Positions 46,437 through 53,759 are shown, counted from the stretch's first letter. The stretch is DNA of 64,000 nucleotides from Patescibacteria group bacterium (GCA_038061795.1 JBBTYL010000002.1:105511-169510); one strand, 5' to 3'. Made by a program: numbers and translations. The notes: generated from the sequence alone by a model not told the origin.

Positions 46437-46795
46437 CCTAAATTCTCAACTATTAGTTTTTTATTTGTTTCAAAATCTTTTTTATCTCCAGAAACTTTGT
46501 TGTCCGGGAAGACCCATATATGCGCATGATGAACTTCTTCACCAACTATTTTGCTTAAGACAAATTCAGTATTGAAAGCTTTTTTTTGTGCTAGGGCAAT
46601 CTTTTTTACAACTTCAAAATACTCGCCGGCATTTGGAACATCCCAAACCCATCTGTAATGTTGTTTAGGAATTATAAGGGTATGTCCTGGAGACATCGGA
46701 TCAATGCTTAGAAAGGCGAGAAAGTGAGTATCTTCATAGACGACGTGAGCAGGTATGTCTTTTTTTACTATCTTGCAAAAAATACAGTTTTCCAT
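46433..46795 (-). CDS. HIT-family (histidine triad) nucleotide hydrolase
   Basis: MENCIFCKIV... and the HHAHIWVFP histidine triad. Only the C-terminal 120 aa of the 290-aa track ORF look like HIT. The ATG at 46795 lies 6 nt after TGCTATAAT (46810-46802, minus strand). Confidence 0.85.
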   Translation of the reverse strand: MENCIFCKIVKKDIPAHVVYEDTHFLAFLSIDPMSPGHTLIIPKQHYRWVWDVPNAGEYFEVVKKIALAQKKAFNTEFVLSKIVGEEVHHAHIWVFPDNKVSGDKKDFETNKKLIVENLG

Positions 46796-46801
46796 GCAGC
46801 T

Positions 46802-46821
46802 ATTATAGCAGATGGTATACT
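46802..46821. promoter_or_regulatory. Back-to-back divergent extended -10 promoters in the 33-bp HIT/recJ spacer
   Basis: Minus strand: TGCTATAAT (46810-46802), then 6 nt, then the ATG at 46795. Plus strand: TGGTATACT (46813-46821), then 7 nt, then the ATG at 46829. The two boxes are 2 nt apart. Confidence 0.55.
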
Positions 46822-46828
46822 GGTATCC

Positions 46829-48523
46829 ATGCCGAAATATCAAGTGAGGGAAAAGATAGATGGCGATTTCATTGATAATCTGCTCTTTCATCGAGGAATC
46901 AAAACTGCAGAAGAAAAGATGGCTTTTCTCAATCCTGATTACGACAAGCATGTTTATGACCCCTTTTTGCTGAAAGATGCTGAAAAAGCCGCAAAAAGGA
47001 TAATTAAAGCCATTGAAAATGATGAAAAAATAGTCGTCTATAGCGACTATGATGCCGATGGAATTCCTGCAGGAGTCATTTTCCATGATTTTTTCAAGAA
47101 AATCGGCTTTAAGAATTTTACGAATTATATTCCACACAGGCATGATGAAGGTTTCGGCCTCAATGATGATGCTGTCTCTCAGTTTGTTGACGATAAAGTA
47201 AAGCTCCTTATTACGCTTGATTGTGGGATTGCAGACATTGCTGCTGTGAAGCTCGCGAAAAAGGGGGGAATTGATGTCATTATTACAGATCATCACGAGC
47301 CTCATGAGAAGCTACCGCCAGCCTTTGCGATCGTCGATCACAAGCAGAAGGATTGCGAGTATCCTGAAAAAATCCTTTGCGGTTCAGGAGTCGGATATAA
47401 GCTAATCCAGGCGATTCTTAAATCAAACAGGTTTGGGCTTAAGGAGGGCTATGAGAAATGGCTGCTCGATATGGTCGGACTGGCGACGCTTTCTGATATG
47501 GTTCCGCTAACTGGGGAGAATCGTGCATTGGCGCATTTCGGCATGCGAGTCTTGAAAATGAGTCCCCGCAAGGGCCTTATGAGATTGCTTGGGCATTTGA
47601 AAATTCCGCAGAAGCATCTGACAGAAGACGATATCAGCTTCATGATCACTCCGCGCATCAATGCCGCTTCCCGCATGGGCGTTCCGATGGACGCTTTCCG
47701 CTTGCTTGCTACGGACGATGACCATGAAGCCCACGAATACGTACAGCATTTGGACAAGATAAATAATGAGAGAAAGGGAACTGTCGCGGCATTGGTAAAG
47801 GAAGTGAAGAAAATAATTGCTGAGCGTCACGCAGACAATCCTCGAAATGTGATTGTGGCTGGAAATCCCGGATGGCGACCATCGTTGCTTGGACTAGTTG
47901 CCAACAATCTCGCAGAAGAATATGGAAAGCCTGCGTTTTTGTGGGGAAGGGACGGCGATGGCGTGATAAAGGGGTCCTGCCGTTCTGGCGAGACGGTTAG
48001 CGTTGTTGATCTAATGCACAAGGCACCAGTAGGGACTTTCTTGCAATACGGCGGGCACTTCGCTTCCGGCGGCTTTGCGGTTTCAAACGAAGCGATACAT
48101 CACCTTGATGATCATCTCAATTCTGCTTTTGATTTGCTTGCGAAAGAAGATAAAGTAATCGATCCAGATTTCATCGATATGGAGCTTCTGCTTGATGACG
48201 TGAATTGGAATTCGTACGGAAGCGTCGAGAAGCTTGCACCGTTCGGCGTCGGGAACAAGAAACCGACATTCCTTTTTAAGGACATTAAGATTGTTGGAAT
48301 AAAGGAATTCGGAAAAGAAAAAAATCATTTGGAATTGAATTTCAAAAAAGAGAATGGCCAAAGCGTAAATGCCATGGGATTTTTCATGACAGCTGATCTA
48401 TTTAAGAACAAGAAGGGCGAAACGATAAAGCCGACAGATTCGATTGACCTTATCGCTACTATGGAAAAATCGATATTCCGCGGCAAGACAGAGCTTAGGC
48501 TGAGAATTGTTGATATACTATAA
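46829..48523 (+). CDS. recJ: Single-stranded-DNA-specific exonuclease RecJ
   Basis: DHH motifs VYSDYDADGI, TLDCG and ITDHHEP, plus DHHA1 GGHFASGG. Start moved from the track's 46724 (which overlaps HIT) to the ATG at 46829. Confidence 0.9.
   Translation: MPKYQVREKIDGDFIDNLLFHRGIKTAEEKMAFLNPDYDKHVYDPFLLKDAEKAAKRIIKAIENDEKIVVYSDYDADGIPAGVIFHDFFKKIGFKNFTNYIPHRHDEGFGLNDDAVSQFVDDKVKLLITLDCGIADIAAVKLAKKGGIDVIITDHHEPHEKLPPAFAIVDHKQKDCEYPEKILCGSGVGYKLIQAILKSNRFGLKEGYEKWLLDMVGLATLSDMVPLTGENRALAHFGMRVLKMSPRKGLMRLLGHLKIPQKHLTEDDISFMITPRINAASRMGVPMDAFRLLATDDDHEAHEYVQHLDKINNERKGTVAALVKEVKKIIAERHADNPRNVIVAGNPGWRPSLLGLVANNLAEEYGKPAFLWGRDGDGVIKGSCRSGETVSVVDLMHKAPVGTFLQYGGHFASGGFAVSNEAIHHLDDHLNSAFDLLAKEDKVIDPDFIDMELLLDDVNWNSYGSVEKLAPFGVGNKKPTFLFKDIKIVGIKEFGKEKNHLELNFKKENGQSVNAMGFFMTADLFKNKKGETIKPTDSIDLIATMEKSIFRGKTELRLRIVDIL
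48511..48519 (+). promoter_or_regulatory. Extended -10 promoter (TGATATACT) inside the recJ 3' end, 7 nt upstream of the rnhA ATG
   Basis: TGnTATAnT motif. It overlaps the last recJ codons (stop at 48521-23). Confidence 0.45.
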
Positions 48524-48526
48524 TCC

Positions 48527-49015
48527 ATGAATAACGGCACAATTACGATTTTTACTGACGGTTCATCGCGAGGAAACCCTGGTCCTGGAGGCTGGGGAGC
48601 GATTGTTGTTTCTGAAACCACTGTGAAGGAGCTCGGCGGAAGGGAGGATATGACGACGAACAATAGAATGGAATTGCTTGGTGCAATTGAATCTTTAAAT
48701 TCTGTCGACTCAGCAGATTCAATTATCCTCCATTCTGATTCCCAATATGTAATAAAAGGCATGACAGAATGGATTGCTGGCTGGCAGAAAAGAGGCTGGA
48801 GGAACTCTCAGAAAAAAGCCGTATTGAATCGTGATCTTTGGGAAAGGCTTCTCGAGGCGTCTGAAGGAAAAAATATCAAATGGATGTATGTGAAAGGCCA
48901 TGCAGAAAATCCTGGGAACAATAGGTGTGATGAAATAGCTACGACATTCGCTGATAATGAGCCTACTAGGCTCTACGAAGGAACCCCTTCTGGTTACTCG
49001 GTAAAAATTCACTAG
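48527..49015 (+). CDS. rnhA: Ribonuclease HI
   Basis: IFTDGSSRGNPGPGGWGAIV, NNRMELLGAIESL and DSQYVIKG motifs, which carry the DEDD catalytic residues. Confidence 0.9.
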   Translation: MNNGTITIFTDGSSRGNPGPGGWGAIVVSETTVKELGGREDMTTNNRMELLGAIESLNSVDSADSIILHSDSQYVIKGMTEWIAGWQKRGWRNSQKKAVLNRDLWERLLEASEGKNIKWMYVKGHAENPGNNRCDEIATTFADNEPTRLYEGTPSGYSVKIH

Positions 49016-49045
49016 AAATTCATCTCAACCTGCTAGGCTAGTTGG

Positions 49046-50407
49046 ATGAATCATAAGAAGTTTAATTTTATTCTCATAATTGTCTTACTTGCGACAATTT
49101 GCACGCGGGGCTATTTTGCTTTTGATAGGGGTAATCGTGATGCGATGGTTGAGAAGTATTCAGGCCAGACAGTTGAAGTGCTTGGAGTTATTTCTGATGA
49201 GCCATTGGTAAAGGATTTTACTAAGACATTTACAGTGCGCGCAGAAAAAATAAATAGTGAAACAGAGAATGTTTCACTTCGCGTACAGACAGAAAGATAT
49301 CTTGATTTCGAATATGGACAAAAGATTATTTTAAAAGGGAAATTGTCTGCGCCATTCAATTTCAAAAGCAATGGAGGAAGGACATTTGATTACATCAACT
49401 TTCTTCTGAAGGATGGGATTTATTTCGAAATGAAGAAGCCTGTGATTGAGATCGTCGGCGAAAGGGAAGGAAGCATCATTTCAAAAACACTTTTCAGTAT
49501 CAAGCAGGGATTTCTTGGAAATATAAAGAAAGTCTTAGGTGAGCCTCACGCCGCCCTCGCAGGCGGACTTGTGGTTGGGGAGAAGAGCGCGCTTGGGAAA
49601 GAATTAATCGATGATTTTAGGATGGCAGGACTCATACACATCGTTGTGCTTTCTGGCTATAACATCACAATCGTCGCAGATTCGATTAGGAGAATCCTAG
49701 CTTTCTTGCCAAGGACTATCGGCATCATCCTTGGCGGTTTGGGAATCGTTAGCTTTGGAATCCTGGTAGGAGGCGGGGCAACTGTCGTACGTTCGTGCAT
49801 CATGGCTGTGATTGCTCTCTTCGCAACGCTTTTACGAAAGGATTACAATGTCGGCAAAGCGCTCTTTATTGCTGCAGCGCTTATGCTTATTCAGAATCCC
49901 TTGATACTGTTTTACGATCCGTCCTTCCAGCTTTCGTTTCTTGCGACATTCGGCCTGATCCTTCTTTCGTCTCCGATAGAGAAACGGCTTGGATTCATAA
50001 CGGAAAGATTCGGAATCAGGGGACTTGTGGCTTCGACGCTTGCGACCCAGATATTTGTTTCGCCCTACATCCTCTACATGATGGGACAACTGTCGATCAT
50101 CGGAATGGTTGTAAATATTCTTGTTTTGCCAATTATTCCTACAACGATGCTTTTTGTTACGCTTACCGGATTGTTCGGTTTCGTCTCGACGTTCATATCG
50201 GAAATAACAGGATGGGTTTCCCATATCCTGTTATCCTATGAGCTTATGATGGTCCGCTTCTTCGCGCATGTACCTTTTGCCTCAATCAATCTTCCGAAAT
50301 TTTCCTTCTGGATAGTCGTTGGATTCTACGCCAGCTATTTCGTCGCGCTTGCGAAATTTCCCTCGACGATTTCCCAATTCAAGTTTTGGAAAAAATCTTC
50401 CACATAA
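49046..50407 (+). CDS. comEC: ComEC/Rec2 DNA-uptake channel: N-terminal OB-like (DUF4131) and competence domains only
   Basis: N-terminal transmembrane segment plus OB-like region, then the polytopic competence domain (LAGGLVVGEKS..., HIVVLSGYNITIV). It ends without the usual C-terminal metallo-beta-lactamase domain. Confidence 0.85.
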   Translation: MNHKKFNFILIIVLLATICTRGYFAFDRGNRDAMVEKYSGQTVEVLGVISDEPLVKDFTKTFTVRAEKINSETENVSLRVQTERYLDFEYGQKIILKGKLSAPFNFKSNGGRTFDYINFLLKDGIYFEMKKPVIEIVGEREGSIISKTLFSIKQGFLGNIKKVLGEPHAALAGGLVVGEKSALGKELIDDFRMAGLIHIVVLSGYNITIVADSIRRILAFLPRTIGIILGGLGIVSFGILVGGGATVVRSCIMAVIALFATLLRKDYNVGKALFIAAALMLIQNPLILFYDPSFQLSFLATFGLILLSSPIEKRLGFITERFGIRGLVASTLATQIFVSPYILYMMGQLSIIGMVVNILVLPIIPTTMLFVTLTGLFGFVSTFISEITGWVSHILLSYELMMVRFFAHVPFASINLPKFSFWIVVGFYASYFVALAKFPSTISQFKFWKKSST

Positions 50408-50883
50408 TTCTTCTTTCCTGACGGCTGGTAATCTGCTACGTAAGAGTGTTCCCACATATCGAGTGCAAGAATGAGGGGGCAGTCCTGAAGCTGGCTGATA
50501 TGCTGTTCTTCCACCCAGGCGCTGATGAGGGCCTTTTGTTTTGCATCATAGTAGAGCATTGCCCAACCGATACCTCGCGTGAGAGCGATTGCCTTGAAGC
50601 TCGCAAGCCATCCGTCAAAAGATCCGAAGTCAGCTTCTATCTGCTTCTTAAGCGCACCATTTGATAGCGTTCTCGCTCCTCCTTCTAGGCTTGAGAAATA
50701 AATTTCATGATTTCTCATACCGTTGTATTCGAAGCCGAGGCGGCGGACATCTTGCTTGCCTTCGATAGTTTCGTTGAGATTCTTAACATAGCCGGCATAG
50801 AGTTTGAGATGCTCCTCGATCGTCTTTGTGGAAATGCCTTTGAGGGCGGGGATATCAAATTTTTTTTCTGTGTATGTTGTCAT
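50335..50883 (-). CDS. Fe/Mn-family superoxide dismutase (compact form)
   Basis: FDIPAL...TIEEH (ligand-His context), MRNHEIYF (NH motif), and LDMWEHSYVADY (D..H ligands, compare DVWEHAYY). 182 aa. The 3' end overlaps the comEC 3' end by 73 nt (convergent). Confidence 0.85.
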   Translation of the reverse strand: MTTYTEKKFDIPALKGISTKTIEEHLKLYAGYVKNLNETIEGKQDVRRLGFEYNGMRNHEIYFSSLEGGARTLSNGALKKQIEADFGSFDGWLASFKAIALTRGIGWAMLYYDAKQKALISAWVEEQHISQLQDCPLILALDMWEHSYVADYQPSGKKNYVEDFFQNLNWEIVEGNFASATK

Positions 50884-50935
50884 GGATTTTCATTAAATTC
50901 ATTAAAATTTCACTCGACTTATATATGATTGTAGC

Positions 50936-51706
50936 ATGGATTTTTTCAAGAAAAATTGGAAGTGGCTTTTTGTGGCTCTGGCGCTAGCTTCCTTAGGATT
51001 GGGCTTTTATATCTGGAAATGGGAATTCAGAGAGCCCTTGCTTGAGGTGCATTTCTTTAGCCTGAACAAAGGCCGCTCCATTTTTGTCAGAACTTCAGAA
51101 AGCAAAACCATTCTTATCGGAGGAGGGCAGAACTCGGAAGTTATTCGAGAAATTACCAATGTGCTGCCGTTTTATTCCCGCAAGATTGATTATGTACTTA
51201 TTCCAAGTGCTGTTCCCGCGCAGATCGGCGGACTAATCGAGGTGATTGATAGGTATGAAGTTGGGGAAATCATCATGCCGAAACTCTTAGCTACAAGTAC
51301 TGTCCTTACGCAACTTATGAAAGAAGTCAGAAAGAAAAAAATTCATATTGAAGAAGTTGAAAAAGGAGACGATATAGAAATCGGCGGAGCCAAACTCGAA
51401 GTCCTTTTTCCATATGAAGAATTCAAATTCAACAAAAGCAGCCTGCCAGAATTAGGGCTAGAGATTTCTTACAAAGATACTTCTGCATACCTGATGGGGA
51501 ATTTATCAAAAACAATTCAAAAGGATATTCTGAAAAACACTGAAATTAATAAAGGCGAAAATATAATCGAATTCTATAACAGTATGGCAGACGGGAAAGT
51601 TTATAAAGAGCTGGTGGAGGCAATTGATCCGAGGTTCATTTTTTCAACGAATGAGAAAGCCGCCACGATGATATCGGACGGGGAAGGGTGGCGAAAAGAA
51701 AGATAG
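50936..51706 (+). CDS. Stand-alone ComEC-type metallo-beta-lactamase-fold domain with all metal ligands substituted
   Basis: N-terminal transmembrane segment. LLEVHFFSLNKGRSIFVRT..TILIGGGQ aligns with the ComEC l.v.flDVGQGDa...LiDgG motif. IDYVLIPSAVPAQIGGL aligns with iD.liLTHxHxDHiGGl. DVGQGD has become SLNKGR, and HxHxDH has become SAVPAQ. Confidence 0.6.
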   Translation: MDFFKKNWKWLFVALALASLGLGFYIWKWEFREPLLEVHFFSLNKGRSIFVRTSESKTILIGGGQNSEVIREITNVLPFYSRKIDYVLIPSAVPAQIGGLIEVIDRYEVGEIIMPKLLATSTVLTQLMKEVRKKKIHIEEVEKGDDIEIGGAKLEVLFPYEEFKFNKSSLPELGLEISYKDTSAYLMGNLSKTIQKDILKNTEINKGENIIEFYNSMADGKVYKELVEAIDPRFIFSTNEKAATMISDGEGWRKER

Positions 51707-51737
51707 ACAACAAAAAACCGCTTTCGCGGATTTTGTC

Positions 51738-51980
51738 TTATATGATTCCTGCTTTCTTGAGAGTTGCGAATGCACCTCGCTTCTGGATGGTCTTGAGGGC
51801 TCGGGTAGAGATGGTAAGGATGAAGGATTTCTTGAGTTCAGGAACATAAATCTTCTTTTTTTGAAGATTGACGTACTTCCGCACCATTCCTGTAGGGTTG
51901 AACTGCGTAGCACGAGTGGCGTTTGAATATCCGCCCGCTACCATTGAACCTCGTTTTGTTATTGCACATACTTTAGCCAT
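51738..51980 (-). CDS. rpmB: 50S ribosomal protein L28
   Basis: MAKVCAITKRGSMVAGGYSNATRATQFNPTG... is canonical L28. The ATG at 51980 replaces the longer track ORF starting at 52076. Confidence 0.9.
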   Translation of the reverse strand: MAKVCAITKRGSMVAGGYSNATRATQFNPTGMVRKYVNLQKKKIYVPELKKSFILTISTRALKTIQKRGAFATLKKAGII

Positions 51981-52020
51981 AGTGTTAGTCATGCTATCAT
52001 AATCCATATATTTGGCAAGC

Positions 52021-52623
52021 ATGGACGCTTTAACCCTCATTATTTCTATAGTCATACTCATCATGTCAGTGGTCATCCACGAGCTTTCGCATGGTTATAC
52101 GGCTGAACTTTTAGGCGACCCTACTCCTAGGCTGCAAGGAAGGCTTACCCTCAATCCCCTGAAGCATCTCGAAGTTTTCGGTTCCTTGATAGTTCCACTC
52201 ATCACTTCAATGGCAGGATTCACCTTTGGCTGGGCCAAGCCAGTGCAGTGGAATCCTTACAATGTTAAGAATAAAAGATGGGGCGAACTGATGATTGCTA
52301 TCGCTGGACCAGTCTCGAATCTTCTTATTGCTGTGGTTTTTGGCCTTGTGCTACGTGCGGCTGGCCCGTCCCTTTCCGAATCATTCATTCAGATTTCCTT
52401 TTATGTGATTGCAATAAATATCGTCCTAGCGGTCTTCAACTTGGTCCCGATTCCGCCGCTCGACGGGTCAAAAGTCCTTTTTGCATTTCTCCCTGCGAGG
52501 TTTGCAAATGTAAGGGAAACGCTTGAGCGCTACTCGATTTTCTTCTTTTTGATACTGATCTTCTTTCTTTGGAGATTCGTCGAGCCGATTATTCCTTTCA
52601 TATTCAAGCTGATAGTTGGGTAG
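52021..52623 (+). CDS. Site-2 protease family (M50) membrane metalloprotease
   Basis: HELSHGY zinc motif in the first transmembrane segment, and a second ligand context NLVPIPPLDGSK. Start taken at the ATG at 52021 (the track uses the TTG at 52012). Confidence 0.8.
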   Translation: MDALTLIISIVILIMSVVIHELSHGYTAELLGDPTPRLQGRLTLNPLKHLEVFGSLIVPLITSMAGFTFGWAKPVQWNPYNVKNKRWGELMIAIAGPVSNLLIAVVFGLVLRAAGPSLSESFIQISFYVIAINIVLAVFNLVPIPPLDGSKVLFAFLPARFANVRETLERYSIFFFLILIFFLWRFVEPIIPFIFKLIVG

Positions 52624-52708
52624 GGTTAATTTTATTGCAAAATATATGTCCTATGATAGTGTTTAGGGCAGTCAAACTGAAATTTAAACCTACAACCAAG
52701 GCAAAATC

Positions 52709-53128
52709 ATGAGTATCACTTCTTTACCTGATGAGATTACTCAGGCTATTGCTCCGTTACGCGGAAACATCGACGAGATCGATTTTGAAATCATACGGCT
52801 TCTTGGTCAGCGAATCCGATTCGTAAGAGAAATCGGAGAATTGAAAAAGACACTTGGAACGCAGGTGAGAGATCATGGAAGGGAAAACGCTCAAATGCGC
52901 AAGATATTTGAACTAAGCCGTGAACAAAACGTGCCCCCAGGCTACACCGCCCTCGTCTTCCGTATGATTATCGAGGCTTCGGTGCGCATCCAGCAAGGAG
53001 AAGACGCCCCGACGACTTTCCGTGAAGGGCATTGCATCTGCTGTGGCTGGAACACTTCCGCCATGGAGCTCGACCCTGACCTTCATTGGCCGGTATGTAT
53101 CGTTTGTCGTCAGCCACTTTTCTTCTGA
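52709..53128 (+). CDS. AroQ-class chorismate mutase domain fused to a C-terminal Cys4 (zinc-ribbon-like) tail
   Basis: LRGNIDEIDFEIIRLLGQRIRFVREIGELKKTLGTQVRDHGRENAQMRKIFEL...LVFRMIIEASVRIQ aligns motif for motif with CM_2 (LR..I D..D..ll.LL..R......ig..K......v.D..RE.......lf..ii..S...Q). The tail is HCICCGW...WPVCIVC. Confidence 0.75.
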   Translation: MSITSLPDEITQAIAPLRGNIDEIDFEIIRLLGQRIRFVREIGELKKTLGTQVRDHGRENAQMRKIFELSREQNVPPGYTALVFRMIIEASVRIQQGEDAPTTFREGHCICCGWNTSAMELDPDLHWPVCIVCRQPLFF

Positions 53129-53158
53129 TCAGAAAATTATCATCGCCGAACAAACAAA

Positions 53159-53198
53159 GGCACGGATTCCAAGCGGGGTCCGTGCCTGATTTTATTTA
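53159..53198 (+). terminator. Intrinsic terminator after the chorismate mutase gene
   Basis: GGCACGGA-ttccaagcgggg-TCCGTGCC forms an 8-bp GC-rich stem (53159-53186) followed by TGATTTTATTTATT. Confidence 0.6.
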
Positions 53199-53226
53199 TT
53201 GACAAAAATTTCTATCGGAGTAAGAT
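53199..53226 (+). promoter_or_regulatory. Sigma70-like promoter with no ORF behind it
   Basis: Consensus -35 TTGACA (53199-204), a 16-nt spacer, then TAAGAT (53221-26). The predicted transcription start at about 53233 leads straight into a long hairpin, not a start codon. Confidence 0.45.
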
Positions 53227-53577
53227 ATTCCCAGTCCCTGATTTCGTTTGTCGGGAAGGAAAACGGTTCACCCCGTTTTGACTACCGAGATCAGGCTAGG
53301 TCATTGGCACGACTTGCCAAGATTGGATCTAGAAGGCCTAAAATGGCTGGTTATCTATACCTCCTTGCGTCATGGCGAGATACTATCTCCGCCTAGCAGT
53401 CACCTCAATCAAAAGAAAAGGGTGTGCAAAAATAGAAGTTTCAGATTCGTATGCTGGATCATCGATTTACGACAAAGTTGACTCGCAAGAGCAAAGTCGC
53501 ATCTTGGTTCGTCAACAGCGATGTAGGCGTCCAATAGGATCCGTTCCTATCGAAAAATTACCTTTCCACGGTTTTCC

Positions 53578-53615
53578 AAAGCGCGTTTCCTGCAAGGATT
53601 CGCGCTTTTCTTTAT
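53578..53615 (+). terminator. Intrinsic-terminator-like hairpin about 150 nt upstream of rpsL
   Basis: AAAGCGCG-tttcctgcaaggatt-CGCGCTTT forms an 8-bp stem followed by TCTTTAT. Confidence 0.5.
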
Positions 53616-53759
53616 ATAATTTACCTTTTCCTCCTTATATGCTAGAGTAACCCCACGTTCAAATAGAGCTTAGAGGTGAGTAACCGCTTGGTGAAAACAA
53701 TCAACTCTTTGCAGAATTGAGCCCCATTATCAGGTTTTATTAAAAAATTAATATAAAGA

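Noticed and set aside
46796-47305. N-terminal 170-aa extension of the HIT ORF (track ORF 46433..47305), and the 35-codon extension of recJ (46724..46828)
   Set aside because: The two extensions overlap each other on opposite strands. The HIT homology starts only at MENCIFCK and the RecJ homology at MPKYQV. Both shorter starts have a -10 box 6-7 nt upstream.
53199-53650. Three overlapping ORFs of 65-92 aa upstream of rpsL
   Set aside because: They are mutually overlapping frames with an Arg/Ser/Cys-rich composition. None has an appropriately placed -10 box or other start context, and none is recognisable.
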